DNA of 64,000 nt from Octopus sinensis (Eukaryota), in the NCBI RefSeq assembly GCF_006345805.1, contig NC_043016.1, positions 23,250,001 to 23,314,000 on the forward strand. Reading direction: 5' to 3'. Both the position numbers and the translations under genes were made by a program. Under the pieces are notes generated by a model, which saw only the letters and a program-made list of their open reading frames with translations, was not told the DNA's origin and made no database searches. Positions 36,643-48,999 of the stretch are shown one piece after another (position 1 is the stretch's first letter; every line of letters starts with the position of its first letter).

Positions 36643-36773
36643 CAGGGTGTCCCCAAAAAATGTATACACACCTTAAATAATTGTAAATTTGTTATTCTTT
36701 GTAAGCCTAGTACTTATACTATCGTTCTCTTTTGCCAAACCACTATGTGTATACATCTTTTCGGGACACCCTG
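36643..36773. mobile_element. 131-bp Tc1/mariner-type MITE containing a SINE family A fragment
   Basis: ta|CAGGGTGTCCC(C)AAAAAATGTATACACA ... TGTGTATACATCTTTTCGGGACACCCTG|ta. Confidence 0.85.
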
Positions 36774-37047
36774 TATACACACACACACACATATACATGC
36801 ATGCATGCATGCATGGCTGGCCCTAGGGTTACTGGTGCCTGAGCAAGCTGAACTTCGGCATGTACAAGCTGACGGTTGTGGAAATTTCTTTGTCATTGTC
36901 ATGCCCTTCTCCATGTTCCCGAGCACATGGCGCCCAGGTCAACTCTCTGAGTCGCTAGTACCTTGAGCATACATACATACATACATACATACATACATAC
37001 ATACATACATACATACATACACATACATACACACATACACACATACA

Positions 37048-37094
<47 letters not shown>

Positions 37095-37782
37095 AACGAG
37101 TAACAAAGATGTATAAGTGTCAGTTCATTATGGCCACTTAAATGTCTTTGTTACTCATATTTTACTCACCTGGAATCTGCACTTTGGAAGTATTATGGAA
37201 AGTGTCTTTCCATAAGATATGTGTGGAGTAGCTGATGATAGAGGTGTGTTGGATTGTTGGAATGGCTGTTATTATATGTGCGGAATAGTTTTATAAGACA
37301 TCCAGTTGATTTATATAAAGTACATGTCTGAACAAACAAGAGTGGATTTATTCACTGAGTTAGGACATGTTATCTGCATACACTGCAAGAATATCAGGTG
37401 GGGAATATCAAGGGGAATTCTGCATAGTGTTTGAGACTTACCTGATATTGTCTGAGTGTGCAAATTAGTTTGTCCTAACAAGGTGCCTCAATTTAAGTAT
37501 CTTATTCAAGTGAATCTAAATTACATTTTGCATAATATGTGCATATATGTATATATATATATATATATTATAATATATATATATATATATATATTCATAG
37601 TATTGGTTCCAGTGATGGAATTATTTAGAAACCATTGTTTGGAGATTCTTCTCAAAAAGAAAACATGCATAGACAAACCAAAAGCTATGGTTCATTTTAA
37701 ATTTCTTTTTTAAACTTCAATATATACGAAGTTACACACTTCTATATCCCTTAAAATCTCTGATGGCAATTCAATTTAATAG

Positions 37783-38152
37783 AAGCAGGAGTGGTAAGTA
37801 GCTTGCTTACCAACCACATGGTTCCGGGTTCAGTCCCACTGCATGAGACCTTGGGCAGCCTCAAGCCGACCAAGCCTTGTGAGTGAATTTGGTAGACGGA
37901 AACTGAAAGAACCCTGTTGTATATATGTTTATATATATGTGTGTGTGTTTATGTGTCTTTGTTTGTCTCTCCCAACATCGCTTGACAACTGATGCTGGTG
38001 TGTTTATGTCCCCGTCACTTAGCGGTTCGGCAAAAGAGACCGATAGAATAAGTACTAGGCTCACAAAGAATAACTCCTGGGATCAATTTCCTCAACTAAA
38101 GGCGGTGCTCCTGCATGGCTGCGATCAAATGACCGAAACAAGTAAAAGAGTA
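37783..38152 (+). mobile_element. SINE family A with internal deletion
   Basis: Matches consensus. Confidence 0.85.
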
Positions 38153-38519
38153 AAGAGTAAATTAGTGTGTTTCATTAAAAAAATGGTTATGAAAAGGTTT
38201 TAAGGAACTTAAAATTCACTGTTTCATTAATGAAAATAGAGGACAAGCTGCTGTTGAGAAGAAAGTTGGTTTTTCAGAGAGTTCTGCTGTTCAGTTATGT
38301 CTCATCCATTTTTTTCTTTGATGATATGAACTGGGCCACAATAGGGATAAATTCTAAGCCCATCGCTGGTAGAGAAACTTGCAATTGTCTCTTAACTCAG
38401 TCCACTTGATACTTTCTGTTTACACTATAATGTAGTATGTAAATGCTGGGTAATAACACCATGTTTCCACTAGGCTAGCATCTACAGTGGTGGCACATAA
38501 ATATCTATTTGCTTGTATA

Positions 38520-38998
38520 TCAAAATCAAATTCGATGACTGGCATCCGTGCTAGTGGAGCGCTAAGAGTACCATACGAGCATGATTGTTGTCAGAGCAAT
38601 AAGCTGGTCTCTGTGCTGATGGTGCGTAAAAAGCACCATTCGAGCATGATCATTACCTGCGTCACCTTACTGGCATTTGTGCTGGGGACACGGGAAAAAA
38701 CATTCAAGCGAGGTTGTTGCCAGTGCCACTGGACTGGCTCCTGCGCAGGTGGCACGTAAAAAGTACCATTTGAGCGTGGCTGTTGCCAGTACCACCTGTC
38801 TGGCCCTCGTGCCGGTGGCACGTAAAAGTACCCACTACTCTCTCGGAGTGGTTGGTGTTAGGAAGAGCATCCAGCTGTAGAAACTCTGCTAGATCAGATT
38901 GGAGTCTGGTGCAGCCATCTGGTTCGCCAGACTTCAGTCAAATTGTCCAACCCATGCTAGCATGGAAAGCGGACGTTAAACAATGATGATGATGATTT
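38520..38998 (+). repeat. RTE-tail repeat with ~61-bp units and (GAT)n tail
   Basis: Matches 44140-44710 and 42560-43170. Confidence 0.85.
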
Positions 38999-39249
38999 TC
39001 TGAATATATACATATACTGTGTATATGTATATATATAGACATATAAGACTACTTTCATGCCCTCTTTACCCCTCTCATTACTGTCCCTTAATCTGTATGC
39101 TGTATGGGAATGGGGAAATTGTACCTCACTGAATTGAATACATGATGTACCAGGCTCTATTGCTATCTGGCAAGCATTTGTGCAGATCTTTTCAGGTATT
39201 GACAAAAGCCCCACAACAACTACCTTCCCATTGTCCCCCTCAAATACAC

Positions 39250-40220
39250 AATTTTAGGGCAGCGACCATCAATGTTGGTACAATGGAGGGAAGATCAAGT
39301 GAGACTATTGAAATGATGGAGCAATGGGAGGGGGGCCTCTACTAGATTCCTCACAGGTGAGAAACAGATGTTGAAATTCTTCTGGGTAGGCAGGAGTGAT
39401 GAAGTGGATGGTGTGGGCATACTCTTGGCAGAAAAATGGGTAGACAAGGTAACTGAGTTAGTCAGAGTATGTGATTGAGTTGTGAAGTTGGGACCTATCA
39501 TAAATAGATTAATAATTATTGGGTTGTCCGGAAAGTTTGTACCGATTTTTAAAGGAAAGAAAAAGTTCAATAAATACTTGCCATTACATTTTTAATCAAT
39601 TAAATATGAACCATTTTGTTGCCCAATGCATCTCCATCTTTCCTTTAACTTGAAAATACCCTCTTCCCAGAATTGAGGTGGTTTCATGGCAAAGAATTCA
39701 TCAAGGTATCTTTTTACGTCATCCAAGGAATTGAAATTTTTACCATTAAGACTATTCTGCAGAGACCTGAATAAGTGGAAATCCAAAGGGGCAATATCTG
39801 GTGAATATGGAGGGTGGGGTAACACATCCTAGCCAAGCTACAGCAATTTTTGCCTGGTTCCCAAAGCATCAAGTGCTGAAAATGAACTTTCTTATCTTCC
39901 ATTTTAAAGGGTTACAGAATTAACACAGGTTATAGGAACATAAACCTTCTTCCACAAAAAGATAGCTTAAACTGTGCTCTAAATGGAAGTGTAGTCAAAT
40001 CCTCTTTTATGGACTCAACCATGTTCTAAAATAAGTTGAAAGGTAAGCTACTATAAATCGGCACGAACTTCCCGGACAACCCAATACATTTGTCTCTGCC
40101 TATGTTCCACAGGCTGGGCTGACTAATGACTAGAAGGACCAATTCTATGAGGTCCTTCTGCAGACTACCTCAATAATATGCCTGCATGGAAGACGGATGT
40201 TAAACAATGTTGATGATGAT
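39250..40220 (+). mobile_element. RTE LINE endonuclease remnant interrupted by a mariner derivative
   Basis: FRAATINVGTMEGRSSE...; SDEVDGVGILLAEKWVDKV..VRVCD before the insert, and FVSAYVPQAGL after it. Confidence 0.7.
39519..40084 (-). mobile_element. Internally deleted mariner with intact TIRs and TA TSD
   Basis: TIRs TTGGGTTGTCCGGAAAGTT / AACTTCCCGGACAACCCAA. The ORF LPHPPYSPDIAPLDFHLFRSLQN...WEEGIFKLKERW carries the mariner YSPDLAP motif. Confidence 0.93.
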
Positions 40221-40418
40221 GTATATATGTATATTTATATACATCAAGTTTAATTGTGGTTATCTGCATAACTATCTCCATATCAGCTCACCTGGTTTTC
40301 TCTTATAGCCACTCTTTAAGACTTTGGAGATTAAGTTCAAATCATTAGAGAGCTAGTACATGTTTTCTATATTGAGAATCTGTACACCTCGCATAATGAC
40401 TGTGTTTGTATACACACA

Positions 40419-41271
40419 TGGAGATACCCAAAAGAAACCAGAATTTTGCAATATTATTTTATTCACTCAGTTTACACTTTTATTGCCTTGAAGGTATTGT
40501 CCATTTGAAGCAATGCATCAGTTCAGAAGCATTATCTACTGTTCAAAGCAGTGCTGGAACTCTTGCGAAATGATGCCTTTTAATAGCTCTGTCATTTTTT
40601 CTTCACCTCTTGCAAATCTGTAAATTCCATAGCACCAGCACTTGTCACCAGTGATGACCTTCAAAAACAGGTCTGGATCAACTTCCAGCTGTTTTCTCAG
40701 TTCAAGACACATATTCAGTTGTGACTGCTTTTGATCTTCTGTAAGCAAGTGAGGCACAAATTTTGCTGCAACTCTTTTCATTCACAGTTCCTCACTCAAA
40801 ATTCATTGGCAGGAGCTCCAGGACACACCAGTCATATCTACAAGTTCATCAATTGTTTGGTGACAGACTTCCAGGATCAGTTCATGAATTTTTGTGATGT
40901 TTTCATTTGTTCAGGAGGCTGAGGGTTGCCTTGAATGAGGCTGGTCTTCAAGTAACAAGTGACCGGTCCTAAAGCGTGAAAACCACTGGTAAACTTGTGT
41001 TTTGCTCATGGCAGTGTCCTCATAAGCTGTTTGAAGCATGAATGATAACTGTTTGGTTGCCGTTTCCCCCAGCAGAAAACAGAATTTCATGGAAGCACGG
41101 TGTTCCTTTGTTTCAGCAATCACAAAAATCACAAACATTGGAGAAACACTGCAAAACATGACAGCATGACCCCACTCAATGCTGCTGTTCAGGCTACTAG
41201 TGGTGGAAGCCTGAACTATAATGGGCTTGTCCAACAGAGAACGTTTCTGATTACTTTTGGGTACCTCCTCA
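40419..41271 (-). mobile_element. Non-autonomous mariner (catalytic domain deleted)
   Basis: Terminal inverted repeats (acccaaaag..accagaa). It encodes KEHRASMKFCFLLGETA...YQWFSRFRTG, MKRVAAKFVPHLLTEDQK and ITGDKCWCYG fused to the C-terminus. Confidence 0.9.
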
Positions 41272-41288
41272 TATACACACACACACAA

Positions 41289-42155
41289 TCTATTATATAA
41301 AATCTGTTCTGTCTGTCTGTGTGTCTTCTAAGATCTTGGGCATCCTTCATCTGATTGCGCTCACATTTGATATGTAGATACCGATGCTATCAAGGTGTGT
41401 ATAAGTCCTGAAAAAATTACAAAAATCGATTCCAGGTGAGAATGCGATTGATAAAGCCGTGGGAACGTGCATTTGTAAAATCGTTTTCCTTGGAATAGAA
41501 AAAAAGTCTATCTTTATTTCTTCTTTTGCTGGTGTCTCAAATTTAGGTTAAATCAGTGTTTCTCAAAGGGGGGGGGGCTATGGAACAGTCGGACAAGTTG
41601 TTTTGAGAAAATTTGGTTTAAATGTTTGACAACTCAGCACCGTCCATTCGATAGGGGGGGGGGGCGTTTTGCTCGTATATATATAAGAAGTTTGAATTAT
41701 ATTTCATCCTTTAATTTGGAGGATTCTAAAAAAGACTTCTAATATAGACTCTTCATTTTCTTTACCAAGTCCTTTGTAAAAAAGATTTTTTTGTTTATAC
41801 TTCTTGCACTGAAGAGAACAGTGATATATGTGATAATTTGATTTAATTAAATTAATTTAATTATTTCTATTCAACCATGAATTTGCATGATTTTAATATT
41901 GCTGTTCGACACGATCGTCCGCATGAATTAAAGTTCTTTTACATTTTAACATCTTCTCTATTCCATTTTTAACAAATTTGTTGAGTTTCATGGGATTCCT
42001 TCCCATAAATTCACATAACACACCATATACAAGTGCTGTTTTCATATTTGCAAACTTATGCCAGTAAGCTACCAGCAAAATATGAAGAGTCTATATTAGA
42101 AATCTTTTTTTGGAATCTTCCAAATTAAAGGACAAGATATAATTCAACCTTTTTA
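41289..42155 (+). mobile_element. Helitron-like element, 5' end; internal ~75-bp inverted repeat (41690-41762/42078-42155)
   Basis: a|TCTATTATATAAAATCTGTTCTGTCTGTCTGTG start. No CTAG terminus was found, so the right boundary is uncertain. Confidence 0.55.
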
Positions 42156-42559
42156 CATACACACACATGTATATATATTGTGGTGTAGTGCTAAAAGAAG
42201 TGAGGTAATGCAGTTGAAAGTGTTATTCAGACTGTTGGGGAGCAGTGAACCCATTCAGTTGTTGTTATGGAAGGCAATGTAAGCTCCATGAGAGAATGTT
42301 TTATCAAATTATATTCTTGTGGTGAGTGAAAAGAGGTGTAGGTGGAATCCTCAGCACTACAGATAACATTAGTGACTAACTGACCCTTATAAATGTCTAA
42401 TCAAAATATATAGCAATTTTGTTTATAATTTGTCTCGTAGTGTCAGAGGAATATTGTGACAACTGAACAAGCTGAATTTACTAAACTGTATTAAGTTAAA
42501 AAATTGCTTAGCTGGAATTCATTTTCCGAAGGAAGACCCGTTGAGGCAAGTGAAAATCT

Positions 42560-43170
42560 AAAATCAAAATCAAAATCAAAAATCAAAATTAAACCAAATC
42601 AAATCAGATATCAGAAAGCAGAACCAAAATCGAAGTCGATCAACATCAATGGAAATTGCAGCTGTGGTACCAGTGCCGGTGACAAGTAAGCGAACCATCC
42701 GATCGTGGCCGTTGCCAGCGCCGCCCTGACTGGCCTCCGTGCTGGTGGCACGTAAAAGCACCATCCATTCGTATCCATTGCCAGCCTTGCCTGGCCCCCA
42801 TGCCGGTGACACGTAGCACCATCCGTTCGTGGCCGTTGCCAGCCGCGCCTGGCCTCCGTGCCGGTGGCACGTAAAAGCACCATCCGTTTGTGGCTGTTGC
42901 CAGCCTCGCCTGGCCCCCGTGCTGGTGGCACGTAAAAAGCACCATCTGTCCATGGCCGTTTGCCAGCTCCGTCTGGCTCCTGTGCGGGTGCACGTAAAAA
43001 GCACCCACTACACTCACGGAGTAGTTGGCGTTAGGAAGGGTATCCAGCCGTAGAAACACTGCCAGATCAGACTGGGCCTGATGCAGCCTTCAGGCTTCAC
43101 AGACCCCAGTTGAACCGTCCAACCCATGCTAGCATGGAAATCGGACGCTAAATGATGATGATGATGATGA
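42560..43170 (+). repeat. Most complete RTE-tail repeat: (ATCAAA)n head, ~6 x 61-bp units, RTE-like 3' end and (GAT)n
   Basis: Units contain cgtgccggtggcacg-taaaaagcacc. The tail is ggcgttaggaaggg...catgctagcatggaaa..gacg.taaa(tga)n. Confidence 0.85.
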
Positions 43171-44139
43171 TGTACAGTAAATTTACTATTCTGTACTATA
43201 GAAGCTGGTAATATTTTCCCCCTCTCAGTTTTGATACCAAACCCTTCTTCACAATGGTAATGTATAGCTAATCATGATTCCATATTCTATAAGCTATGTA
43301 GTTAATTAAATACATTTTCAAAATAATTTTTTTAGACTTACCTTCAATCTTTGCTCTTGGATACAGTTGCAATAGAATTGCCCAACTAGGTCCACCAAGA
43401 CATTCTTTTGATTTTGCTATTGTTGTTGAACAAAGGCACCTAAATGATTTGAGTACATAGTCACCTTGTTTTCAGGATTGTGTCATTCAATTCTTGTAAT
43501 TGCAACAAATCAAATTGGTCAGTCTATGGTTTATTATTTTTGGCACATGCAGTTCCAAACGTTTTGTGGGTAGCCAATAATTTAGATTTATTTAAATGAC
43601 CCTTGATAGTTTCATTCACTTATGATGGATGTTTGTCCTATCCATGCATGGAAGATGGACGTTAAACAATGATGATGATGATGATGATGATGATATATAG
43701 ATGGATCATTATCATCATCATCATTTAATGTCTGATGTCCTTGTTGGCATGGGTTGGATGGTTTGACTAGGACTGGTAAGATGAGGGCCTGCACAAGCCT
43801 CCAGTCTGATTTGGCATGGTTTCTATGGCTACATGCCATTCCTAATATCAACCATTCTGAGAGTGAAATGGATGCCATTGCATACCCCCGGCATGGATGC
43901 CAGTTGTGTGACACCATTATCTACAAAGATGACAATGATGTTATCAACTCTGCTTTGATGGGTTTTCTTCTCAAGCACAGTATACTGCCAAAGGTCTCAG
44001 TCATTTGTCATTGCTTCTATGAGTCCCAATGCTCAAAAGGTGCATTTTGCATGACTATATTACTAATATTTACCATAGATAATATTAACAATAGTAATAT
44101 CTTATTTTGAATGTAAACGTTTGAATATTTGCTCATATA

Positions 44140-44661
44140 TTTGATGACTGGCATCCATGCTAGCGGGGTGCAAAGAGCACCATACGAGTGTGATTGTTGA
44201 CAGAGTGGCTAACCGGCTTCCGTGCCAGCGGCACATAAAAGACATCATTCCAGCGTGATCGTTACCAGCGTTGCCTTACTGGCACTTAAGCCCCATGCTA
44301 GTAGGGTGCTAAGAGCACCATCCGAGTGTGATCATTGCCAGAGAGGCTAACTGACCTCCGTGCTGGTGGCATGTAAAAGGCACCATTTGAGCGTGATTGT
44401 TACCAGCATCGCCTTACTAGCACCTGTGCCAGTGGCATGTGTAGAAAGATTCGAGTGAGGTCGTTGCCAGCACCACCTGACTGGACCCCATGCTGGTGAC
44501 ACGTAAAAGCACCCACTACACTCTCGAAGTGGTTGGCATTAGGAAGGGCATTGAGCTGTAGAAACTATGCCAGATCAAGATTGAAGCCTGGTGCAGCCAT
44601 CTGGTTCGCCAGCCCTCAGTCAAATCGTCCAACCCATGCTAGCATGGGAAGCGGACGTTAA

Positions 44662-44710
<49 letters not shown>
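44140..44710 (+). repeat. RTE-tail repeat with ~61-bp units and long (GAT)n tail
   Basis: Matches 38520-38998. Confidence 0.85.
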
Positions 44711-44711
<1 letters not shown>

Positions 44712-44732
44712 ATATATATATATATATATATA

Positions 44733-45798
44733 TATCTATATACGTTTAAATATTTGTTGTGCAAGATTTTTTATGTGAAGTCGTGTGTTGAAACAGATAT
44801 TGTTATATTCGGAATGGTCATATTGCCAGTTTAGCCAATAAAAACACACGCACTATATATTTGGTGTTATTTTGCTTCAGTGATATTTATTTTTACATTA
44901 ATCTTAATCTTATTTCGGCCAAAGTTCTTTCGTCACACTCCTGTGACCGCATCAGTGGTCCTTTGTTTTCTTCTCACTTACTTGTGTCTCTCCTTACTAA
45001 CCGTCAGCCATTTTGTATTTCTATTGTATCAATAGAAATACAAAATGGCTGACGGTTAGTAAGGAGAGACACAAGTAAGTGAGAAGAAAACAAAGGACCA
45101 CTGATGCGGTCACAGGAGTGTGACGAAAGAACTTTGGCCGAAATAAGATTAAGATTAATGTAAAAAATAAATATCACTGAAGCAAAATAACACCAAATAT
45201 ATAGTGCGTGTGTTTTTATTGGCTAAACTGGCATATGACCATTCCGAAATATAACAATATATATATATATATATATATATCTATATACGTTTAAATATTT
45301 GTTGTGCAAGATTTTTTATGTGAAGTCGTGTGTTGAAACAGATATTGTTATATTTCGGAATGGTCATATTGCCAGTTTAGCCAATAAAAACACACGCACT
45401 ATATATTTGGTGTTATTTTGCTTCAGTGATATTTATTTTTACATTAATCTTAATCTTATTTCGGCCAAAGTTCTTTCGTCACACTCCTGTGACCGCATCA
45501 GTGGTCCTTTGTTTTCTTCTCACTTACTTGTGTCTCTCCTTACTAACCGTCAGCCATTTTGTATTTCTATTGTATCAATAGAAATACAAAATGGCTGACG
45601 GTTAGTAAGGAGAGACACAAGTAAGTGAGAAGAAAACAAAGGACCACTGATGCGGTCACAGGAGTGTGACGAAAGAACTTTGGCCGAAATAAGATTAAGA
45701 TTAATGTAAAAAATAATATCACTGAAGCAAAATAACACCAAATATATAGTGCGTGTGTTTTTATTGGCTAAACTGGCAATATGACCATTCCGAAATAT

Positions 45799-45830
<32 letters not shown>
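44733..45830. repeat. Tandem duplication (~546-bp period) of a ~465-bp near-perfect palindrome
   Basis: Arms 44797-45026/45030-45260 and 45342-45572/45576-45806, spacer TAT, separated and flanked by (TA)n. Confidence 0.95.
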
Positions 45831-45843
<13 letters not shown>

Positions 45844-47249
45844 TATAAATGAACATACGTATAAAGGATGAGAGAGCCACAAGTAAGGGTGAATGTTGAT
45901 GTCACCAATGAATTCAGAGAAGGTTGAAGTAAGGCATATACCCTGAAGTGATATATGTGATCAGAGAGATGCTGGTAGTTTGAGATGTTAGGAGAGCATC
46001 ACAGGGTACAAACTCAATTTGAGGGGTAATGGTGGGAGGCTGTGATACAGAGTAGCTGGGTGTCAATACTAATGATATGCAAGTGAGAAAGGTGAGTAGC
46101 AGGTAAGAGAGGTGTCTATGTAAGCACAGACACCACCTATCAGGGTGACATAAAATAGAAAGTATAGCCTGTACCAGTGAGATGGGTTGGTGATTGGTGT
46201 CTGAGAAGAATAGGATGTATGGCTTGTGTGTGGGTATAAGACTTTGAGTGAGATCTAGATTAGAATGAAGTCCACAAAATTTGGAGAAGAATAGGGGTAA
46301 TTCTTCTGAGGATTTACTTTAGTGAAAGGAGTTGTATGTTTGTGAGTGAATGTGTGTGTGTGTGTGTGTGCAGGCATGCACCCCTATCTCTCACTGTGTT
46401 GGTTTCTGTTCATCCCTCCAAATTAGCAGCTTCAAAAAAAACAAAAAAACAAAACAGATTAATAAAAACCTGACTTAAAATATGTAGTGGGATTGATTTC
46501 ATCAACTAAATAACACTTCAGGCCAGTCACCTAGCAATATTATAGACCAATGACTGAAGAAAAACAAGAATGTTGATATGTATATTTTTATTGTACAAAT
46601 ATTTGTTAGTAAATGTAGACACTTTCAGAAATTGTTGGGTAGCTTTGATAACATCATTGTCATCAAATTCTTTGATAATGAGGTCATTGTGATGTCTGTC
46701 TTTCTTTTCATTTGGTTAAGTTCATGGCTGTTAAAAGTACCATAATCAATCACTGAAAAAAAAAAGGCATTTTGAAGAGTATTATCATCATCATTATTGT
46801 GATTATCATTATTTGTTATTTTTGTGGTGGATCAGGCTTAAAAGATTGAGTACAGATATCTTGCTCCTTGGCTGAGCCACATTCCCTTTTAGAAGCTCCA
46901 CAGAGAAAGAAAAGTGAGGCTGGAGACGAAAGTGCTCTCCTCCAGCTTATCTCTCAAAATTGGTGACTGTGGTAAAAGTTATTAGGGTGAATAGTACTCT
47001 AAGCATACACCTGCAGATTGGAAAACAACAGGTGGCCAATGGCTTAGCCCTTTTGTGGTCAGGCTTATCCTGGATCTGTGGGGTTCCTTGATTGACCCCA
47101 GTTGAAGGCTCTCCTTGTATCAAGTGAACTGCTTCATCTACATTTTCACACATTTTGTTTGCTATCAATACTTTTTATCTCATCTCTCCTCCTTCCCTGC
47201 CTTTCTTCCACTCATCTCTTTTATCATCCTACCAGTGTAAATATATATT

Positions 47250-47600
47250 AAACTTACATGAATTGCTGGAGCAACCTTCAACAGGCCTCTTTGAGAATGA
47301 GGACCCTATAATATCTCCGGTTAGGCCATTAAAATCTCCATTGAACACAATAGTTTGAGTCTTGTGGAGTTTCATCTGATCATGGGATCAATGTTAGTGG
47401 GGTTTCATTAAAACAAGCTTCCATTGATGCCTGTCTTCCATTGCAGTTGGTAGAAGTCAATGGCTGTTGAGTATATGTCATGGCAGCTCTCCATTGCTTT
47501 GCTTTCTGTTGTATTTGGTTCTAGTGATGTCACTAGGTGAATGAATTCATTTTCACTTGTCCAAGAATGTCTACTCAATGTCAATACTGCCTTTAGAAAA
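47250..47600 (-). mobile_element. Decayed LINE endonuclease fragment
   Basis: KLHKTQTIVFNGDFNGLTG resembles the APE-domain GDFN motif. Confidence 0.5.
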
Positions 47601-48042
47601 GGCCAAGGTGGGAAGGAGCCTCAGCTAAACCTACATTTTAAAAGGTAGCGTGTAATATGGATGTAAGTTGGTATCATAGAAAGTGGAGCTGCTCATTTTA
47701 GATATCTATATTTGGTTCCTTAGCTATGTACAATATGTACTTCCCCAATCTACCTACTATCTATATCTACGATCGGCATCACCCCTACCCAACTCTATGT
47801 CCCCAGCTCTAGTGTGATTTGTGTCTAGAGCAGACATGGATACAGTTCTTCTAGAGCAGCACAGAAGGAAACCTAATCTATGAGAACAATAGGATGACAG
47901 ATTTCCCCTGCCCAGCTGAGCATCTACCCAAGCAGAAGAACAAGGAACCACAATACTCCTATTTGAGACAGATGAATAGCTGGCAACCCTAACACTAGAT
48001 GTGCTCTCTACAATAGGTGAAGCAGCCCTATCACCTGTTGTA

Positions 48043-48188
48043 CACAACTGGTACTTAATTTATCGACCCTGAAATGATGAAAGGCAAAAGTCGAACTCGG
48101 TGGAATTTGAACTCAGAATGTAAAGACAGATGAAATACTGCTAAGCATTTCACCCAGTGTGCTAACGTTTCTGCCAGTTTGCTGCCTT
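48043..48188 (-). mobile_element. SINE family B (5' two-thirds)
   Basis: Matches consensus. Confidence 0.8.
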
Positions 48189-48999
48189 CATGAAGTCATA
48201 ATTGTTGGGAGAATCGGTATTGCATCTGTTTTGGTTACTGATGTCTGTGTTCTGAGTTCAAATCCCACTGAGTTCCACTTTGCTTTCGTCTGTCAGTGGG
48301 TGGATATCATAGGGCTTGCTTATGTTAAGGGGTGATTTAATCGCCTAAACCTCTAAGTTTGAGGCCTGTACTTGTTGATATTGGAAAGTAATATAATTAT
48401 TATAATATAAATTTTAGTATAATTTGCTGTTGGAGAGAATTTAATACCAAAACACTTTTCCTAAAAATTTACAATAAAGTTACTATTGACAATGCAATTT
48501 AATTAAACGATTATAATGTTCCACTAACTTTAAAATTCTGTTAACTGTAAGTCCACAAACAAAATTCATACGTTTGCTATTGTATATTGTGGGCATGTCT
48601 CAAAGAGTCCCTAAGGTGTGATATTAGCTGACTACATGTACATGTGTAAATGTGATTGGTCAACACAGTAGCAGCTAGCTGAGGAGCTTTGTGTAATTCT
48701 GTAGTTTTGAGTTGTGTTCACTTATGACGTTATCACATTACAGACAAACTTACAGTGTCAGCAACAGCAGTTATCAGCATATCAAGTTATTGCTTATTCT
48801 TATGGAAGGTGAAGGCATTTTTATTCAGCTGGAGGATGAAGGCTGATGACAGTACCACCTGATTGGCACTAGTGCCAGTGGAACGTTAAAAGCACATCAG
48901 AGTGTGGGGTGTAACCAGCCCACTTATGAGTATCCCTCATTCATTGGACAATAAACCTTGCTTGCAAAGACCTATTGAGGCAAGTGAAATCAAAGGTGA

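Noticed and set aside
36144-37093. Long ORFs up to 213 aa (also 30441-30846, 55860-56230, 60893-61434, 62398-63028)
   Set aside because: Translations of (TACA)n, (TGCA)n, (TA)n and (TTTC)n microsatellites or N runs, which lack stops by construction.
42660-43010. Regular palindromic repeats resembling a CRISPR array
   Set aside because: Eukaryotic DNA, the spacers are homologous to each other, there are no cas genes, and it is part of a dispersed repeat.
47250-47400. Minus-strand donor |gtaagt at ~47257
   Set aside because: It lies in a LINE endonuclease remnant (GDFN motif).
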